Shown: positions 9,862-18,474 of the stretch, piece after piece
How positions within the stretch are numbered: position 1 is the first letter of the stretch
How the letters are laid out: each line of letters opens with the position of its first letter
IMG/VR virus record: IMGVR_UViG_3300048590_000239
Span: 1 to 40,571 of that record
Length of the DNA stretch: 40,571 bases
Reading direction: 5' to 3' (one strand)
Source of the DNA: a virus
Taxonomy: Duplodnaviria; Caudoviricetes
Translations under genes and position numbers: made by a program
The notes under the pieces: generated by a model
What the model saw: the letters and a program-made list of their open reading frames with translations, nothing else
What the model was told of the DNA's origin: nothing
The model's database searches: none

Positions 9862-11549
9862 TGCTGTACACCACCCTCAGCCATTGCCCCTGCTATCTGC
9901 CCCAATAAATTATTGGGAGTAGGTTCTGATTCAGAGAGGGCTTTGGCTGCGCCCGGCACAACCTGTGCCTCTGCCATTGCCTGTTCTCTCTGCTGCATTT
10001 CCTGCTGCTGCTGCGCTCTGCCTTGTCTGATCTGCGCTATTACCTCTTCCTCCCGCATCAACTCAGCCGGGACCCCAAGATCACTTGCATACCGGACCGC
10101 CGTCTTGTCCATGTCTATGTTATCCAATATCTGCGGATCTACATCAGACATGTTGCCCAAAAATCCCATGTAGCGATCCACAGCACCTATTGCAGCCATC
10201 CTCTGAGCAAGGATCAGCGGAGAGAGATACTCAACTCTGATCTCTCGGCCTATTATTTCCTGTGGGGGTTCCGGCAGCAGTCCCTGCCTTTCTAGTATCG
10301 CAAATGCCCTGTCGATACATGGTCGCAGCATCTCCCTGTCAAGCCTCTGAAGCACAGGCCCGATCATGAGTAATTTTTCGTTGTGGAGTTCGTTTATCTC
10401 TGTAGCTGTCCTGTCTCTTTGCTCTCTGTTGGGGTCTGTGAGCAACGAGAGGAACATGTTGACGTAGAAGGCCCTCTTTATCCTCTCTTCGATACGCGCT
10501 ATCTCATACGCTGTATCCTGCAGATTAGGAGTGACCTGTAGTATAGGCTTGATGCCCTGATCCCCTGTGCTGGCATCGTACCAGTTCTGCGCAGCGGGAA
10601 GCAGTGATATGCGCCCCCGCATACTTGCAGGAGCAGCGAGTGGCGGCCGCAGTGACAGCTGTAATGCGGTCAGCTTGTCCAGCTCTATCTTTTGCAGCTG
10701 CGTAGCATCCCCCAACGCCATCTCTCCAAGGCCGAAACCATAAACATTAGGGCCTGTGACTGTCCACCTGCTTATTATTGCCGGGAACTCCTCATAGCCT
10801 CCTATGGAGAGGAACGCCTCTCCTCTGTCTGCCCCATCCTCCCAGTACCATGCGAGATATGCCTTGCCCTTGAGTCCCTTGTTGCCCTCTATCCTGCCAT
10901 CATTGCGCGCTATGAGGTGATGTACATACCTCACATTATTGTGATTATTGTTAAAATCCGCAAGTGTCTCAGGAGAAACCTTGTCTTTGCCGAACTGCTC
11001 CACCATCTGAGCCGGAGTCATCTGCAGCTTTCTGTAGAATTCACAGGGAGTGCGCTGAGCATCTATCCCGATTGCGTACTCTCCTATAGTCAGTGGTACA
11101 GGGAGAAACCCGCGCTTCGTGTCCTCCAGAAGCAGAAACCCGCCTACACCAAACGCACCAAGCTCCTCATAAGCAGAGTAGAACGCATCGTACATGCCGC
11201 TCTTACTCATGTAGCTCTGCATAATTTCCTCACATTTACTGAGATAATCGAGGACTTTATTGCTCTCCTCAAGTTCAGGATCCTCAGGAGCAAGTCTGAA
11301 CCACTGGTTATTTGGGGAGGTCAGGCCGCTCTGCATACCAGCAGCCATAACGGAAACCGACCAGGTAGGTGTATCGTTGGCAAGTGTGTTCATGCGCCTC
11401 TTGCCATCCTTGATGTCCCCATCAAACCATCCATGAGTCGGCAGAATATGGTCTCGTATATCCTTCCAGCGCGTCTCCCATATCTGCCTCTCCCTCAAGA
11501 GGTCAGACACTCTCCTGTCTAACTGATGCCGTTTCGCATCAAGTCGCAT
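9858..11549 (-). CDS. Portal (head-to-tail connector, T7 gp8-like)
   Basis: AAGMQSGLTSPNNQWFRL, RTATEINELHNEKLLMIGPVLQRL and VEYLSPLILAQR motifs; 563 aa. Confidence 0.93.
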   Translation of the reverse strand: MRLDAKRHQLDRRVSDLLRERQIWETRWKDIRDHILPTHGWFDGDIKDGKRRMNTLANDTPTWSVSVMAAGMQSGLTSPNNQWFRLAPEDPELEESNKVLDYLSKCEEIMQSYMSKSGMYDAFYSAYEELGAFGVGGFLLLEDTKRGFLPVPLTIGEYAIGIDAQRTPCEFYRKLQMTPAQMVEQFGKDKVSPETLADFNNNHNNVRYVHHLIARNDGRIEGNKGLKGKAYLAWYWEDGADRGEAFLSIGGYEEFPAIISRWTVTGPNVYGFGLGEMALGDATQLQKIELDKLTALQLSLRPPLAAPASMRGRISLLPAAQNWYDASTGDQGIKPILQVTPNLQDTAYEIARIEERIKRAFYVNMFLSLLTDPNREQRDRTATEINELHNEKLLMIGPVLQRLDREMLRPCIDRAFAILERQGLLPEPPQEIIGREIRVEYLSPLILAQRMAAIGAVDRYMGFLGNMSDVDPQILDNIDMDKTAVRYASDLGVPAELMREEEVIAQIRQGRAQQQQEMQQREQAMAEAQVVPGAAKALSESEPTPNNLLGQIAGAMAEGGVQQ

Positions 11550-11555
11550 ATCTCA

Positions 11556-12245
11556 TCACATCCCTAACAGCTTCTTGGACTCGGTCGGAGCAGCGCCCAG
11601 TATCCCTGTAACCTTAGTCGCATCGTAGCCTACCCTCTTCTTTTTGCGCTGTGCAGCCTGTTCCGGTGTCTCGGACATCTCTCCTACAACCTCATCTGTA
11701 CGCTTAACATTTGCCCTCTGGTTCATAGCATCAAGGGCTGATTTGAATTCCGCTTCTTTGCGTGCCTTCTCCGCTGCTTGTCTCTGCTGTTCGAGAGCAG
11801 CAGCCTGCTCTCTTGCCTTTGCTTCCTGCTCTGCACGGAGACGTTCCTGTTCGGCCTTCTGACGTGCCAGTTCCTCCTGTTGCTTCTGCAGCGCTTCCTG
11901 TTGCTGTTTCTTCTGATCTTCTGCCTGCCAATAAGGAAGATATTCATTTTTTAATTCACCGACAGTATTAATTGCCTGCTCGTAGTCACGCATATAACTA
12001 TTGCGCTCTGCGTCAGTAAGGCCTCTTGCAAGCTGACTTTTAATCGTATTTAGATTGTTTGCATACTTAGCGTACGTTGTTCTTCGTTCGACTATATTAT
12101 TGCCCCCAAATGGCATAAAGCCAAAAGGATTAACTGTCCCACTTATCGGAAGCTTCCAATTTAAATAATTTGTGCCACCCTTTAATCCAGCTTCAGAATA
12201 TTCAGCCACCATTTTTAGCCATTGATCAACATAATTAGCCATCAC
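11556..12245 (-). CDS. Putative virion protein: AT-rich N-terminal domain, coiled coil, C-terminal KKLLGM tail
   Basis: ORF with RBS (GAGGTG); Q/E/K coiled coil; C-terminus resembles the neighbouring gene. Confidence 0.65.
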   Translation of the reverse strand: MMANYVDQWLKMVAEYSEAGLKGGTNYLNWKLPISGTVNPFGFMPFGGNNIVERRTTYAKYANNLNTIKSQLARGLTDAERNSYMRDYEQAINTVGELKNEYLPYWQAEDQKKQQQEALQKQQEELARQKAEQERLRAEQEAKAREQAAALEQQRQAAEKARKEAEFKSALDAMNQRANVKRTDEVVGEMSETPEQAAQRKKKRVGYDATKVTGILGAAPTESKKLLGM

Positions 12246-12253
12246 ATATCACC

Positions 12254-12763
12254 TCACATCCCAAGCAGCTGCTTGCTGCCTGTGTACGCAGGATCCAATA
12301 GCCCAAACGTTTGATTGGTATTCTTCATGCTCATGCTCTTGCGCCGTTTCTTTTCAAGCTCTGACAGATTAGACATGTCCATTGAGAGATCCTCTTCGTA
12401 GGTCGGGACCGCGACAGACTGCTTCGCCATCTGCTCCTTCTGTAAGTTCAACGTATCCCTTGATGTCTGTTCCTGCAGCTTGCGAGAGGCCTCCGCATCT
12501 GCCAGTTGCTGTGCGCTCAGCTCTTTCTGCAGCGCAAGCTGCTGTTCCTGAAAAGCCTTCTGCTGCCCCTGATACTCTAGGCTCAGCTTATTTGTCTCAT
12601 CCTGCATTCGCGCCTGCTCTGCCTGATATTTTGCCTGCTGCGCAAGGTACTGCTCTTGCATCCTCTGCGCTTGCTCACCCGCCTCTGCCTGTTGCCGAGA
12701 CGCATAATACGTTGCCCCTGCGCCTATCAATGCCCCTGCAATAGGTACTACTGCTGCACCCAT
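12254..12763 (-). CDS. Putative small virion protein (T7 gp6.7/7.3-like position)
   Basis: MGAAVVPIAGALIGAGATYYAS N-terminus, Gln-rich, ends SKQLLGM; between terL and portal. Confidence 0.7.
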   Translation of the reverse strand: MGAAVVPIAGALIGAGATYYASRQQAEAGEQAQRMQEQYLAQQAKYQAEQARMQDETNKLSLEYQGQQKAFQEQQLALQKELSAQQLADAEASRKLQEQTSRDTLNLQKEQMAKQSVAVPTYEEDLSMDMSNLSELEKKRRKSMSMKNTNQTFGLLDPAYTGSKQLLGM

Positions 12764-12781
12764 TTATCGCACCTCCTCAAA

Positions 12782-14182
12782 TCAAAGCCCTAAAGGGTTA
12801 TATTTATTCCACTCTTCAACCGGGTCAGCCGTCCACGGCATAGGCTCAAACCCATCACGCCTGATCACTGCAGCACCAAACGTAATTGCGAGTGCATCAG
12901 CAAGGTCCGGCGAGGCTATCCCACGGCGCTTCATATCCTCTTTCTTTTCCAGTACGAGTTTGCCTCCTAGGTTATAGGAGTACTCGGGAGCAACAAGGTC
13001 ATCTCTGAGATCAGCATTATCCTCTATCGCGCCACCCTGCTTCAGCCAGTCGCGCATCTTATACCAGGCTTCCGCCCTGCTGTTCATGCAGTTGCCGAGT
13101 GTGGCCTTTCCTGCAGCGTTAAATGCTATCGGCTGCCTGTTCATTAAGTGCATTGCACTGATCACAGCCTGTCCCACTCCTATGGCATCAACTATTACGG
13201 CATCTGCCTTGTGCTCATCCTGCAGATTAATTGCAATGCTGGCCAGCCGTTCCGGCTCAATGCCGCGCGTCTGGAATAAGATCCTGCTCATCAACCCCTG
13301 CCGAAGTACAATAACACTGCGGTCCCCACCAAACATTGCTACATCAACACCAAGGATCTTCGGAGCAAAGTTATACTCATCATCCTTCAAGTGTTTGCCC
13401 ATTGCGCTCTCGACTATGTCAGCAGGGATAAACTGCCTCTCTCCCTGTACAGCAAACTCACCTAACACACGCACCCGGTAGATATCCGAGTCGATGCCGT
13501 ATGACTCTGAGATTTCTTTTGCGTAGTCCGGCGAAACGTGCGGCGAATCGAGACAGGAGAATGTCAGCCTGTTCCAGCGGTCCCTGTCTCGATGAAATGC
13601 ATCATAGAAGTATCCGCTGTTGCGTGTAGGGTTAGCAGCCATTAAGACTCGTGCGCCATCGGTGGACAGCGCACCCTGAGCGACCTGGAATACTATGTCC
13701 GGGATACCTGATGCCTCATCGATTAAGAAGATCAAGTGCTTTGCATGGAAGCCCTGCAGCGCCTCCGGACTCTCCTTGCGCCCTGTACGAGCGACAATGA
13801 ATCCGTTGCAGCCTCGATACCTGACTGTGTCGGCCGTTATCTCAAGGCTGCTGCGCCATGGCTCAAGCAGTTTATCTCCCCACTTGCGGAACTCAGCCCA
13901 GAGAATATCCTCGAGCTGATGCCCTGTCGGAGCCGTAATAGGTACTTTGATATCGTCATAGCATGTAATACCGTGCAGAGCCGTCCACGTTAGAATGACG
14001 GATTTGCCTGTACCGTGACCGCTCTTGATTGCCGTGCGCGATCCGGGAGCAGCCATTGACCTTAATGCCTCTGCCTGTTGAGGAGACGGCGTAGCACCTA
14101 AACACTCGATTACAAATCTGACAGGATCATCCCGCCATGCGAGGACAAGGTCAGCAACATCTCCGATAGTTGGATCAGCCAT
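12782..14182 (-). CDS. terL: Terminase large subunit
   Basis: Walker A SGHGTGKS, Walker B FLIDEASG, coupling motif ANPT, nuclease GVDVA...D and SPDLADALA. Confidence 0.95.
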   Translation of the reverse strand: MADPTIGDVADLVLAWRDDPVRFVIECLGATPSPQQAEALRSMAAPGSRTAIKSGHGTGKSVILTWTALHGITCYDDIKVPITAPTGHQLEDILWAEFRKWGDKLLEPWRSSLEITADTVRYRGCNGFIVARTGRKESPEALQGFHAKHLIFLIDEASGIPDIVFQVAQGALSTDGARVLMAANPTRNSGYFYDAFHRDRDRWNRLTFSCLDSPHVSPDYAKEISESYGIDSDIYRVRVLGEFAVQGERQFIPADIVESAMGKHLKDDEYNFAPKILGVDVAMFGGDRSVIVLRQGLMSRILFQTRGIEPERLASIAINLQDEHKADAVIVDAIGVGQAVISAMHLMNRQPIAFNAAGKATLGNCMNSRAEAWYKMRDWLKQGGAIEDNADLRDDLVAPEYSYNLGGKLVLEKKEDMKRRGIASPDLADALAITFGAAVIRRDGFEPMPWTADPVEEWNKYNPLGL

Positions 14183-14576
14183 CAACCTCACCAACCTCTT
14201 TGCGCCGTTTCTCTGCCTCGCTCAGAACCGTCTTCGGAGAGATATTGATGTTAGCCTCGATGCGCTCAATAAAATCTGCTTCGCTCTTACCAAGCAGTTC
14301 AGAGGCCCTTAATCGGTTCTTAAGATCTGCCTTCATGTCCTGCATCGTTTCTGTCCAGAATTTCTGTCTGTCTTCACGACTTGCGATGTACGGCTTTACT
14401 TTCTTAGCCTCTCTTGCCTTTATAGCCTTGATAATATTGGGTTTCCTTAGGTTTTCGTTTCCGATAAAAACAGCCGTCTTTTTACTGTATCCTGCTGCGA
14501 TGGCGGCAGCTGTGGCATTGCCATCGTATGCCTCTACAAACCTCAGCTGTTTCACTGTCAATTTATCCTCTGCCAT
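14175..14576 (-). CDS. terS: Terminase small subunit
   Basis: LTVKQLRFVEAYDGNATAAAIAAGYSKKTA...ENLRKP; GGAGGTG RBS; overlaps terL start. Confidence 0.92.
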   Translation of the reverse strand: MAEDKLTVKQLRFVEAYDGNATAAAIAAGYSKKTAVFIGNENLRKPNIIKAIKAREAKKVKPYIASREDRQKFWTETMQDMKADLKNRLRASELLGKSEADFIERIEANINISPKTVLSEAEKRRKEVGEVDG

Positions 14577-14598
14577 GCTCACCACCTCCATTCAAATC

Positions 14599-14636
14599 AA
14601 ATAAAAATAGCGACTGAGCCAATCGCCCAATCGCCA
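14599..14636 (-). terminator. Intrinsic terminator immediately upstream of terS
   Basis: Minus strand TGGCGATTGGGC-GATTG-GCTCAGTCGCTA (12 bp with G:U) followed by TTTTTATTT. Confidence 0.65.
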
Positions 14637-14700
14637 CGCTAGTAATATACACCTATAACTATGCTCAAAAGTTCTAATTAAGTACGAAAATACAGAAAAG

Positions 14701-14719
14701 ATAGGTCTACAGACCTATA
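14701..14719. promoter_or_regulatory. Palindromic operator-like site ATAGGTCT-AC-AGACCTAT
   Basis: Perfect 8-bp arms; 14704-14719 matches the reverse complement of 24545-24560 at 15/16. Confidence 0.6.
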
Positions 14720-14728
14720 GGCCATCTA

Positions 14729-14757
14729 TTGACTACTCACAACTAGAGTGATATAGT
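14729..14757 (+). promoter_or_regulatory. Sigma70-type promoter of the counter-oriented mini-operon
   Basis: TTGACT-17 nt-TATAGT with extended -10 TG at 14749-14750. Confidence 0.75.
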
Positions 14758-14812
14758 ATAGATGCTAAATGACAGGGGCATGTGCCCACACAAAATACGA
14801 GGGGGAATTAAA

Positions 14813-14983
14813 ATGACACAGGCAGAAAAAATTGAAGAAATAATCGCTAAAATAGAAAAACTGAATGAACTTGAGTTGGAGATTAGGGCCGATATGGCAG
14901 ATATCGGCATCGATTACGACTCTATAGGAGCAGAATATCAGGTGTACTGCTCCAGAAGCAAGCTGAGAGACAAGGGGGAGTAG
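14813..14983 (+). CDS. Small hypothetical protein (56 aa)
   Basis: GAGGGGG RBS before ATG 14813 (MTQAEKIEEIIAK...). Confidence 0.65.
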   Translation: MTQAEKIEEIIAKIEKLNELELEIRADMADIGIDYDSIGAEYQVYCSRSKLRDKGE

Positions 14984-14985
14984 GC

Positions 14986-15147
14986 ATGGAGATATACACT
15001 TTCAGCGACTTTTGTGAGGACCGTGAGATCCTAACACACGAAGGGACAGATGACCTGCGACACCTCAAGGCAATGTGGAGTATATATGCGGATGATTATA
15101 TCAATTACTGCAATGCACAAGGGTACGAGCATGAGAGACTGCCATGA
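14986..15147 (+). CDS. Small acidic hypothetical protein (53 aa)
   Basis: Not in track; MEIYTFSDFCEDREILTHEGTDDLRHLKAMWSIYADDYINYCNAQGYEHERLP; GGGGGAG RBS; ATGA overlap with next gene. Confidence 0.6.
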   Translation: MEIYTFSDFCEDREILTHEGTDDLRHLKAMWSIYADDYINYCNAQGYEHERLP

Positions 15148-15338
15148 AACTTATGTCCACAGGTGAGGTGTCGCTCATCACAGGAATGCACGTCAATACG
15201 ATCAGCAGGCAATGCCGGTTAGGGTACATCCGGGGGGCAGTACAGATAGGGGGGAGATGGTTGATCCCGGAGGATGCCATACAAAACATTGAATACCAAC
15301 TCAACAAGATTCCCAAACGCAACAGGGTCCTGCAATAG
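15144..15338 (+). CDS. Excisionase/MerR-like HTH DNA-binding protein
   Basis: LMSTGEVSLITGMHVNTISRQCRLGYIRGAVQIGGRWLIPEDAI is an HTH_17-type pattern. Confidence 0.75.
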   Translation: MKLMSTGEVSLITGMHVNTISRQCRLGYIRGAVQIGGRWLIPEDAIQNIEYQLNKIPKRNRVLQ

Positions 15339-15392
15339 GACCCTGTTACTGTCATCAGACTATGACGAGAGCATGCCCTCTCTCTCGTTTTT
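15321..15392 (+). terminator. Hairpin plus intrinsic terminator ending the + mini-operon
   Basis: Perfect 11-bp IR AACAGGGTCCT/AGGACCCTGTT (15321-15347), then GACGAGAG...CTCTCGTT plus T-tract (15364-15392). Confidence 0.55.
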
Positions 15393-15400
15393 GTCCCTCT

Positions 15401-15410
15401 ATTATAGCAC
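15401..15410 (-). promoter_or_regulatory. Extended -10 promoter just downstream of the late activator gene (candidate late promoter)
   Basis: Minus strand GTGCTATAAT = TGn-TATAAT; no consensus -35. Confidence 0.5.
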
Positions 15411-15874
15411 TATACTATCTTGCCTAACAACAGCTCTGCCGCCCTGACAACCAGTCTGTTACGCCAATACCCTTTCGCCGTGCTTATAGATATGCCTATG
15501 CTGTCTGCTACAAACGACCAGGACTGCCGCTTGAAATACCGCAGTGTAATATAGGCATACTCCTCTTGCCCGAGTGTGGTGAGGTAATATGTGATCGGCT
15601 CTGTGCGTTTGCGGAGCCTTATCATGTCCGGGTCCTCGTCTATCCTCTCAAGTGTACGCTCTACCTTGCATGTATTGTCCCCGCCGCCCAGGTACGGATC
15701 TTCTGAGAACTCAGACGGACTCTTATCACTTATTGCCTCAAGGTACTCTCGCCTCCTGCGCAGCTCTGCTATGTTAATATGATAGTCCCGCAGGCAGTCC
15801 TCCGTGAAGGAAAACAATTTGCCGTTGATCCTGCGCGGTGATCTCCACCCGGCCTCCAGTATAGGACTCATCAC
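15410..15874 (-). CDS. ArpU/RinA-family late transcriptional activator
   Basis: CLRDYH...GG...VERT...ITLRYFKRQSWSFVADSIGISISTA sigma4-like C-terminal HTH; last gene of early/middle operon before terS. Confidence 0.75.
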   Translation of the reverse strand: MMSPILEAGWRSPRRINGKLFSFTEDCLRDYHINIAELRRRREYLEAISDKSPSEFSEDPYLGGGDNTCKVERTLERIDEDPDMIRLRKRTEPITYYLTTLGQEEYAYITLRYFKRQSWSFVADSIGISISTAKGYWRNRLVVRAAELLLGKIV

Positions 15875-16257
15875 GCGGCTTCCTTGTCCCCGAGATAGTC
15901 ACGGAGCACTTTAATTGCCTCGTCACAGCCGCGACAAACCTCGACCCTGTAACCTACACTCCGCAGACGATCCTGCACGAGCTTTTGCGCCTCGCTTACC
16001 TTGCCGCCCATACGCCTTTTCATCTCGATGTAAAGCCCGTGATAGCCCTGAGCCGGGTACGCAAATGTTATGTCCGGGACTCCTGCCCTTACGCCTTCCG
16101 CACGGAGATCCATTGCCGTTTTAATATGCCGCTTGCCGCCGTTGGGATTGGCCCATAATAAGTCAAATAGGTCTGTGGGTAAGTAATATGCTGCGTACTG
16201 AACAAACGCCGCCTGCTCCTCGTGTTCGAGCGGAATTACAATGCTGTTGACCATCAT
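15871..16257 (-). CDS. VRR-NUC domain nuclease
   Basis: EHEEQ...PNGGKR...EGVRAGVPDI...GLYIEMKR...GKVSEAQ. Confidence 0.88.
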   Translation of the reverse strand: MMVNSIVIPLEHEEQAAFVQYAAYYLPTDLFDLLWANPNGGKRHIKTAMDLRAEGVRAGVPDITFAYPAQGYHGLYIEMKRRMGGKVSEAQKLVQDRLRSVGYRVEVCRGCDEAIKVLRDYLGDKEAA

Positions 16258-16268
16258 AACAACCTCCT

Positions 16269-16736
16269 CTATGCGTTGGGATCATTGCCAAATGGAAAAT
16301 CATCTGCCATAGGGTCAAGTGTGTCGCTTATGTCGAGCGGGAAAGTATCTTCCAGCTCAGGATATGCAGACGCTGCCGGTGCAGCTGCACCCCCGGAATT
16401 GTCGGAGCTGTGCCCAAGCAGCGTGAGATCATCTGCGATTATCTCCGTTGTGTACCGTTTCTGCCCGTCTTTCTCATAGGTCCGTACCTGTATCCTGCCC
16501 TCTAAAAGCACCGGCTGTCCCTTGCGTAAATACTTCTCTGCAACGCTTGCTATACCTCCCCACATAACAACAGGGATAAAGTCCGTCTCCTCGTGGGTCT
16601 GTCCATCTTTACCCTTCCACTTGCGGCTCACTGCCACGGTTATATTGCCCACCTTCTGATCGTTTTTAATCGCCCTTATCTCAGGGTCCCTGACTACGTT
16701 GCCCATGATTACAGCCCGGTTATATCCTCTGCTCAT
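16269..16736 (-). CDS. ssb: Single-stranded DNA-binding protein
   Basis: NRAVIMGNVVRDPEIR...YLRKGQPVLLEGRIQVRTYEKDGQKRYTTEIIA; acidic DDFPF tail. Confidence 0.93.
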   Translation of the reverse strand: MSRGYNRAVIMGNVVRDPEIRAIKNDQKVGNITVAVSRKWKGKDGQTHEETDFIPVVMWGGIASVAEKYLRKGQPVLLEGRIQVRTYEKDGQKRYTTEIIADDLTLLGHSSDNSGGAAAPAASAYPELEDTFPLDISDTLDPMADDFPFGNDPNA

Positions 16737-16782
16737 TGTCTGACCCCCCATATCTTTTTGTAAGGATTACTTACAGGTTTGG

Positions 16783-17079
16783 TCATTCTCCCTCACCTCG
16801 TGCCTTACGGAGGGACTTGCCGATATAACAAAAATCACACAAATCTTTATCTTGTTCGAGAAGGCAATCAAGACAAGATTCTTTCAATGCCTCGTACATG
16901 TCAGGTGCGGCGGCGATTAGGTTGGCATTGGCCTCAATCTCTGACATCGCTTCAATAGTGCCTCGGTCGGGTAGCACTGCTACCGGGAGATGCGCCTCTG
17001 TGCTGTATATTTGTATCAATGCCTGCAATTGTGAGTCATACGTTGCCTTCCACGGTCCCTTTGTAAACTTCTCGCTCAT
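16783..17079 (-). CDS. Conserved small phage protein
   Basis: FTKGPW...ANANLIAAAPDMYEAL motif common in phage accessory regions. Confidence 0.7.
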   Translation of the reverse strand: MSEKFTKGPWKATYDSQLQALIQIYSTEAHLPVAVLPDRGTIEAMSEIEANANLIAAAPDMYEALKESCLDCLLEQDKDLCDFCYIGKSLRKARGEGE

Positions 17080-17483
17080 TCCGCTTCCTCCTCATCAAGG
17101 CTGATAAGCTCTACGTCCTCACATGAATAAAGTATTATCGGGGGGGTGTAGTTGATTTTTTCTTGCCATTCATTAATTGTCTTATCAAGCATTTGTTGTA
17201 ATAAGACAATTGATTCTTGGCTAATGCTGTCCAAGAAACGCTGTCCGGCATCGCAGTCGCAACTATCTTGATCGTCAAGAAGGTTGGCCGCAAGGTCAAT
17301 AATATCTTGTGCATCTGCCGCTATGTCGGGATATATGGGAACTGCGCGGGCAACAAATAAGTTGAACCATCCCTCTTCTTTTGCTGTTTCCTTCCCATCT
17401 CTAATTGCCTCTTCGCGAGTGTCATACTCTTCGCTGATATTCCATTGTTCTTCGTTATTGCCATATATCCACTTCTCGCTCAT
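17076..17483 (-). CDS. Hypothetical phage protein
   Basis: GGAGGAGG RBS, ATGA coupling; YDTREEAIRDG motif. Confidence 0.65.
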   Translation of the reverse strand: MSEKWIYGNNEEQWNISEEYDTREEAIRDGKETAKEEGWFNLFVARAVPIYPDIAADAQDIIDLAANLLDDQDSCDCDAGQRFLDSISQESIVLLQQMLDKTINEWQEKINYTPPIILYSCEDVELISLDEEEAE

Positions 17484-17644
17484 TCCGTTTCCTCCTCCCA
17501 AATTTTAACTACTCTAGTAATCTCGGCCCTCATACCATCGGCAATGTCGCAATCGGTCAAGACATCACACAAGAGGTCGTGCATTTCTTTTGATATTTCC
17601 GGGTTACGTTCGCACTCTCGGCAGATGTCGGCTATATTACTCAT
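17480..17644 (-). CDS. Small hypothetical protein (54 aa), paralog of 18471-18734
   Basis: Not in track; MSNIADICRECERNPEISKEMHDLLCDVLTDCDIADGMRAEITRVVKIWEEETE. Confidence 0.7.
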   Translation of the reverse strand: MSNIADICRECERNPEISKEMHDLLCDVLTDCDIADGMRAEITRVVKIWEEETE

Positions 17645-17780
17645 CAAAGGTGCATCTCCCTTCTTGTTCTTCTTCCTCTGGAGCTACTGAATTTATAGCC
17701 CCGCAATCAGGGCATACGGTAGACGGATTAGTGTAATCTGACCAATAAACATTATTACTGCCACATATTGAACATTTCAT
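17637..17780 (-). CDS. Small zinc-ribbon protein (47 aa)
   Basis: Not in track; MKCSICGSNNVYWSDYTNPSTVCPDCGAINS... with two CxxC; GGAGGG RBS. Confidence 0.65.
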   Translation of the reverse strand: MKCSICGSNNVYWSDYTNPSTVCPDCGAINSVAPEEEEQEGRCTFDE

Positions 17781-17783
17781 TTG

Positions 17784-18005
17784 TCAACCCTCCTGTTCCT
17801 CACACTGCACAGAACATTCCTTTTTCCCAATGTTTTGTGTCCTCCTGTTCCATGCGGCGATGGCTTCGGCTTGCCAGCCCCAAAATGATGTTGTTTTACA
17901 TGAGGTGCAATAGATACGCACTCTGATTTCTTCGCCTTTTGACCTTGGTTCTGTCATTTTTGCCTTTCCCCCACAGAAGGGGCAACGCTTTAGTTCTTCC
18001 ATCAC
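17784..18005 (-). CDS. Lar-family restriction-alleviation-like zinc-finger protein
   Basis: ELKRCPFCGGKA...CTSC...AEAIAAWNRR signature. Confidence 0.8.
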   Translation of the reverse strand: MMEELKRCPFCGGKAKMTEPRSKGEEIRVRIYCTSCKTTSFWGWQAEAIAAWNRRTQNIGKKECSVQCEEQEG

Positions 18006-18235
18006 TCAACCTCCTTCTTTCTCTTAAACATTAACTTCCCCTCTGGAAACACAACCTCACAATCGCCGCCCAATCTATCTGCTTCTATCTGCATACAACG
18101 AAAGACCAACGTAAACGCATCTGTAGTCATATCAAGTTTATTCTCTTTATCTCCACCAATTACTGTGTAGATTTTTTGATCTTCAAGGATAAGTTCAACT
18201 CTGATTTCAACTTTGCCTGACGATGGAAGTTTCAC
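18002..18235 (-). CDS. Hypothetical protein
   Basis: ORF with GGAGGG RBS, coupled to both neighbours. Confidence 0.55.
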   Translation of the reverse strand: MKLPSSGKVEIRVELILEDQKIYTVIGGDKENKLDMTTDAFTLVFRCMQIEADRLGGDCEVVFPEGKLMFKRKKEVE

Positions 18236-18474
18236 TCCGCACCCTCCTTTGTTCTAATAAACTGCAATTTTCCTTTACTTGGATATTCATACTCATAAAA
18301 ACCTGTTTCCTCTGCCAAGTAAAACATATGCTGAAAAACTGCGTTTATTGCTTCGTCTGTATAATCTTCCTTTTTGCCTGTAACGAAAGCATTTCCATTC
18401 CCAGTATCTTTTGCGGTCGCAAGGTAAATTTTATTGCTCAACGGTGATGCCAATAATTTTTTAGGATTACTCAC
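18232..18474 (-). CDS. Conserved small phage protein
   Basis: SPLSNKIY...GKKEDYTDEAINAVFQH; GTG start overlapping upstream stop. Confidence 0.65.
   Translation of the reverse strand: MSNPKKLLASPLSNKIYLATAKDTGNGNAFVTGKKEDYTDEAINAVFQHMFYLAEETGFYEYEYPSKGKLQFIRTKEGAE

Noticed and set aside
8929-11522. Long + strand ORFs (e.g. 8929-9531, 10692-11522; also 34343-34984, 37087-37833, 37855-38745)
   Set aside because: Antisense shadows of well-supported - strand genes, with no recognisable motifs
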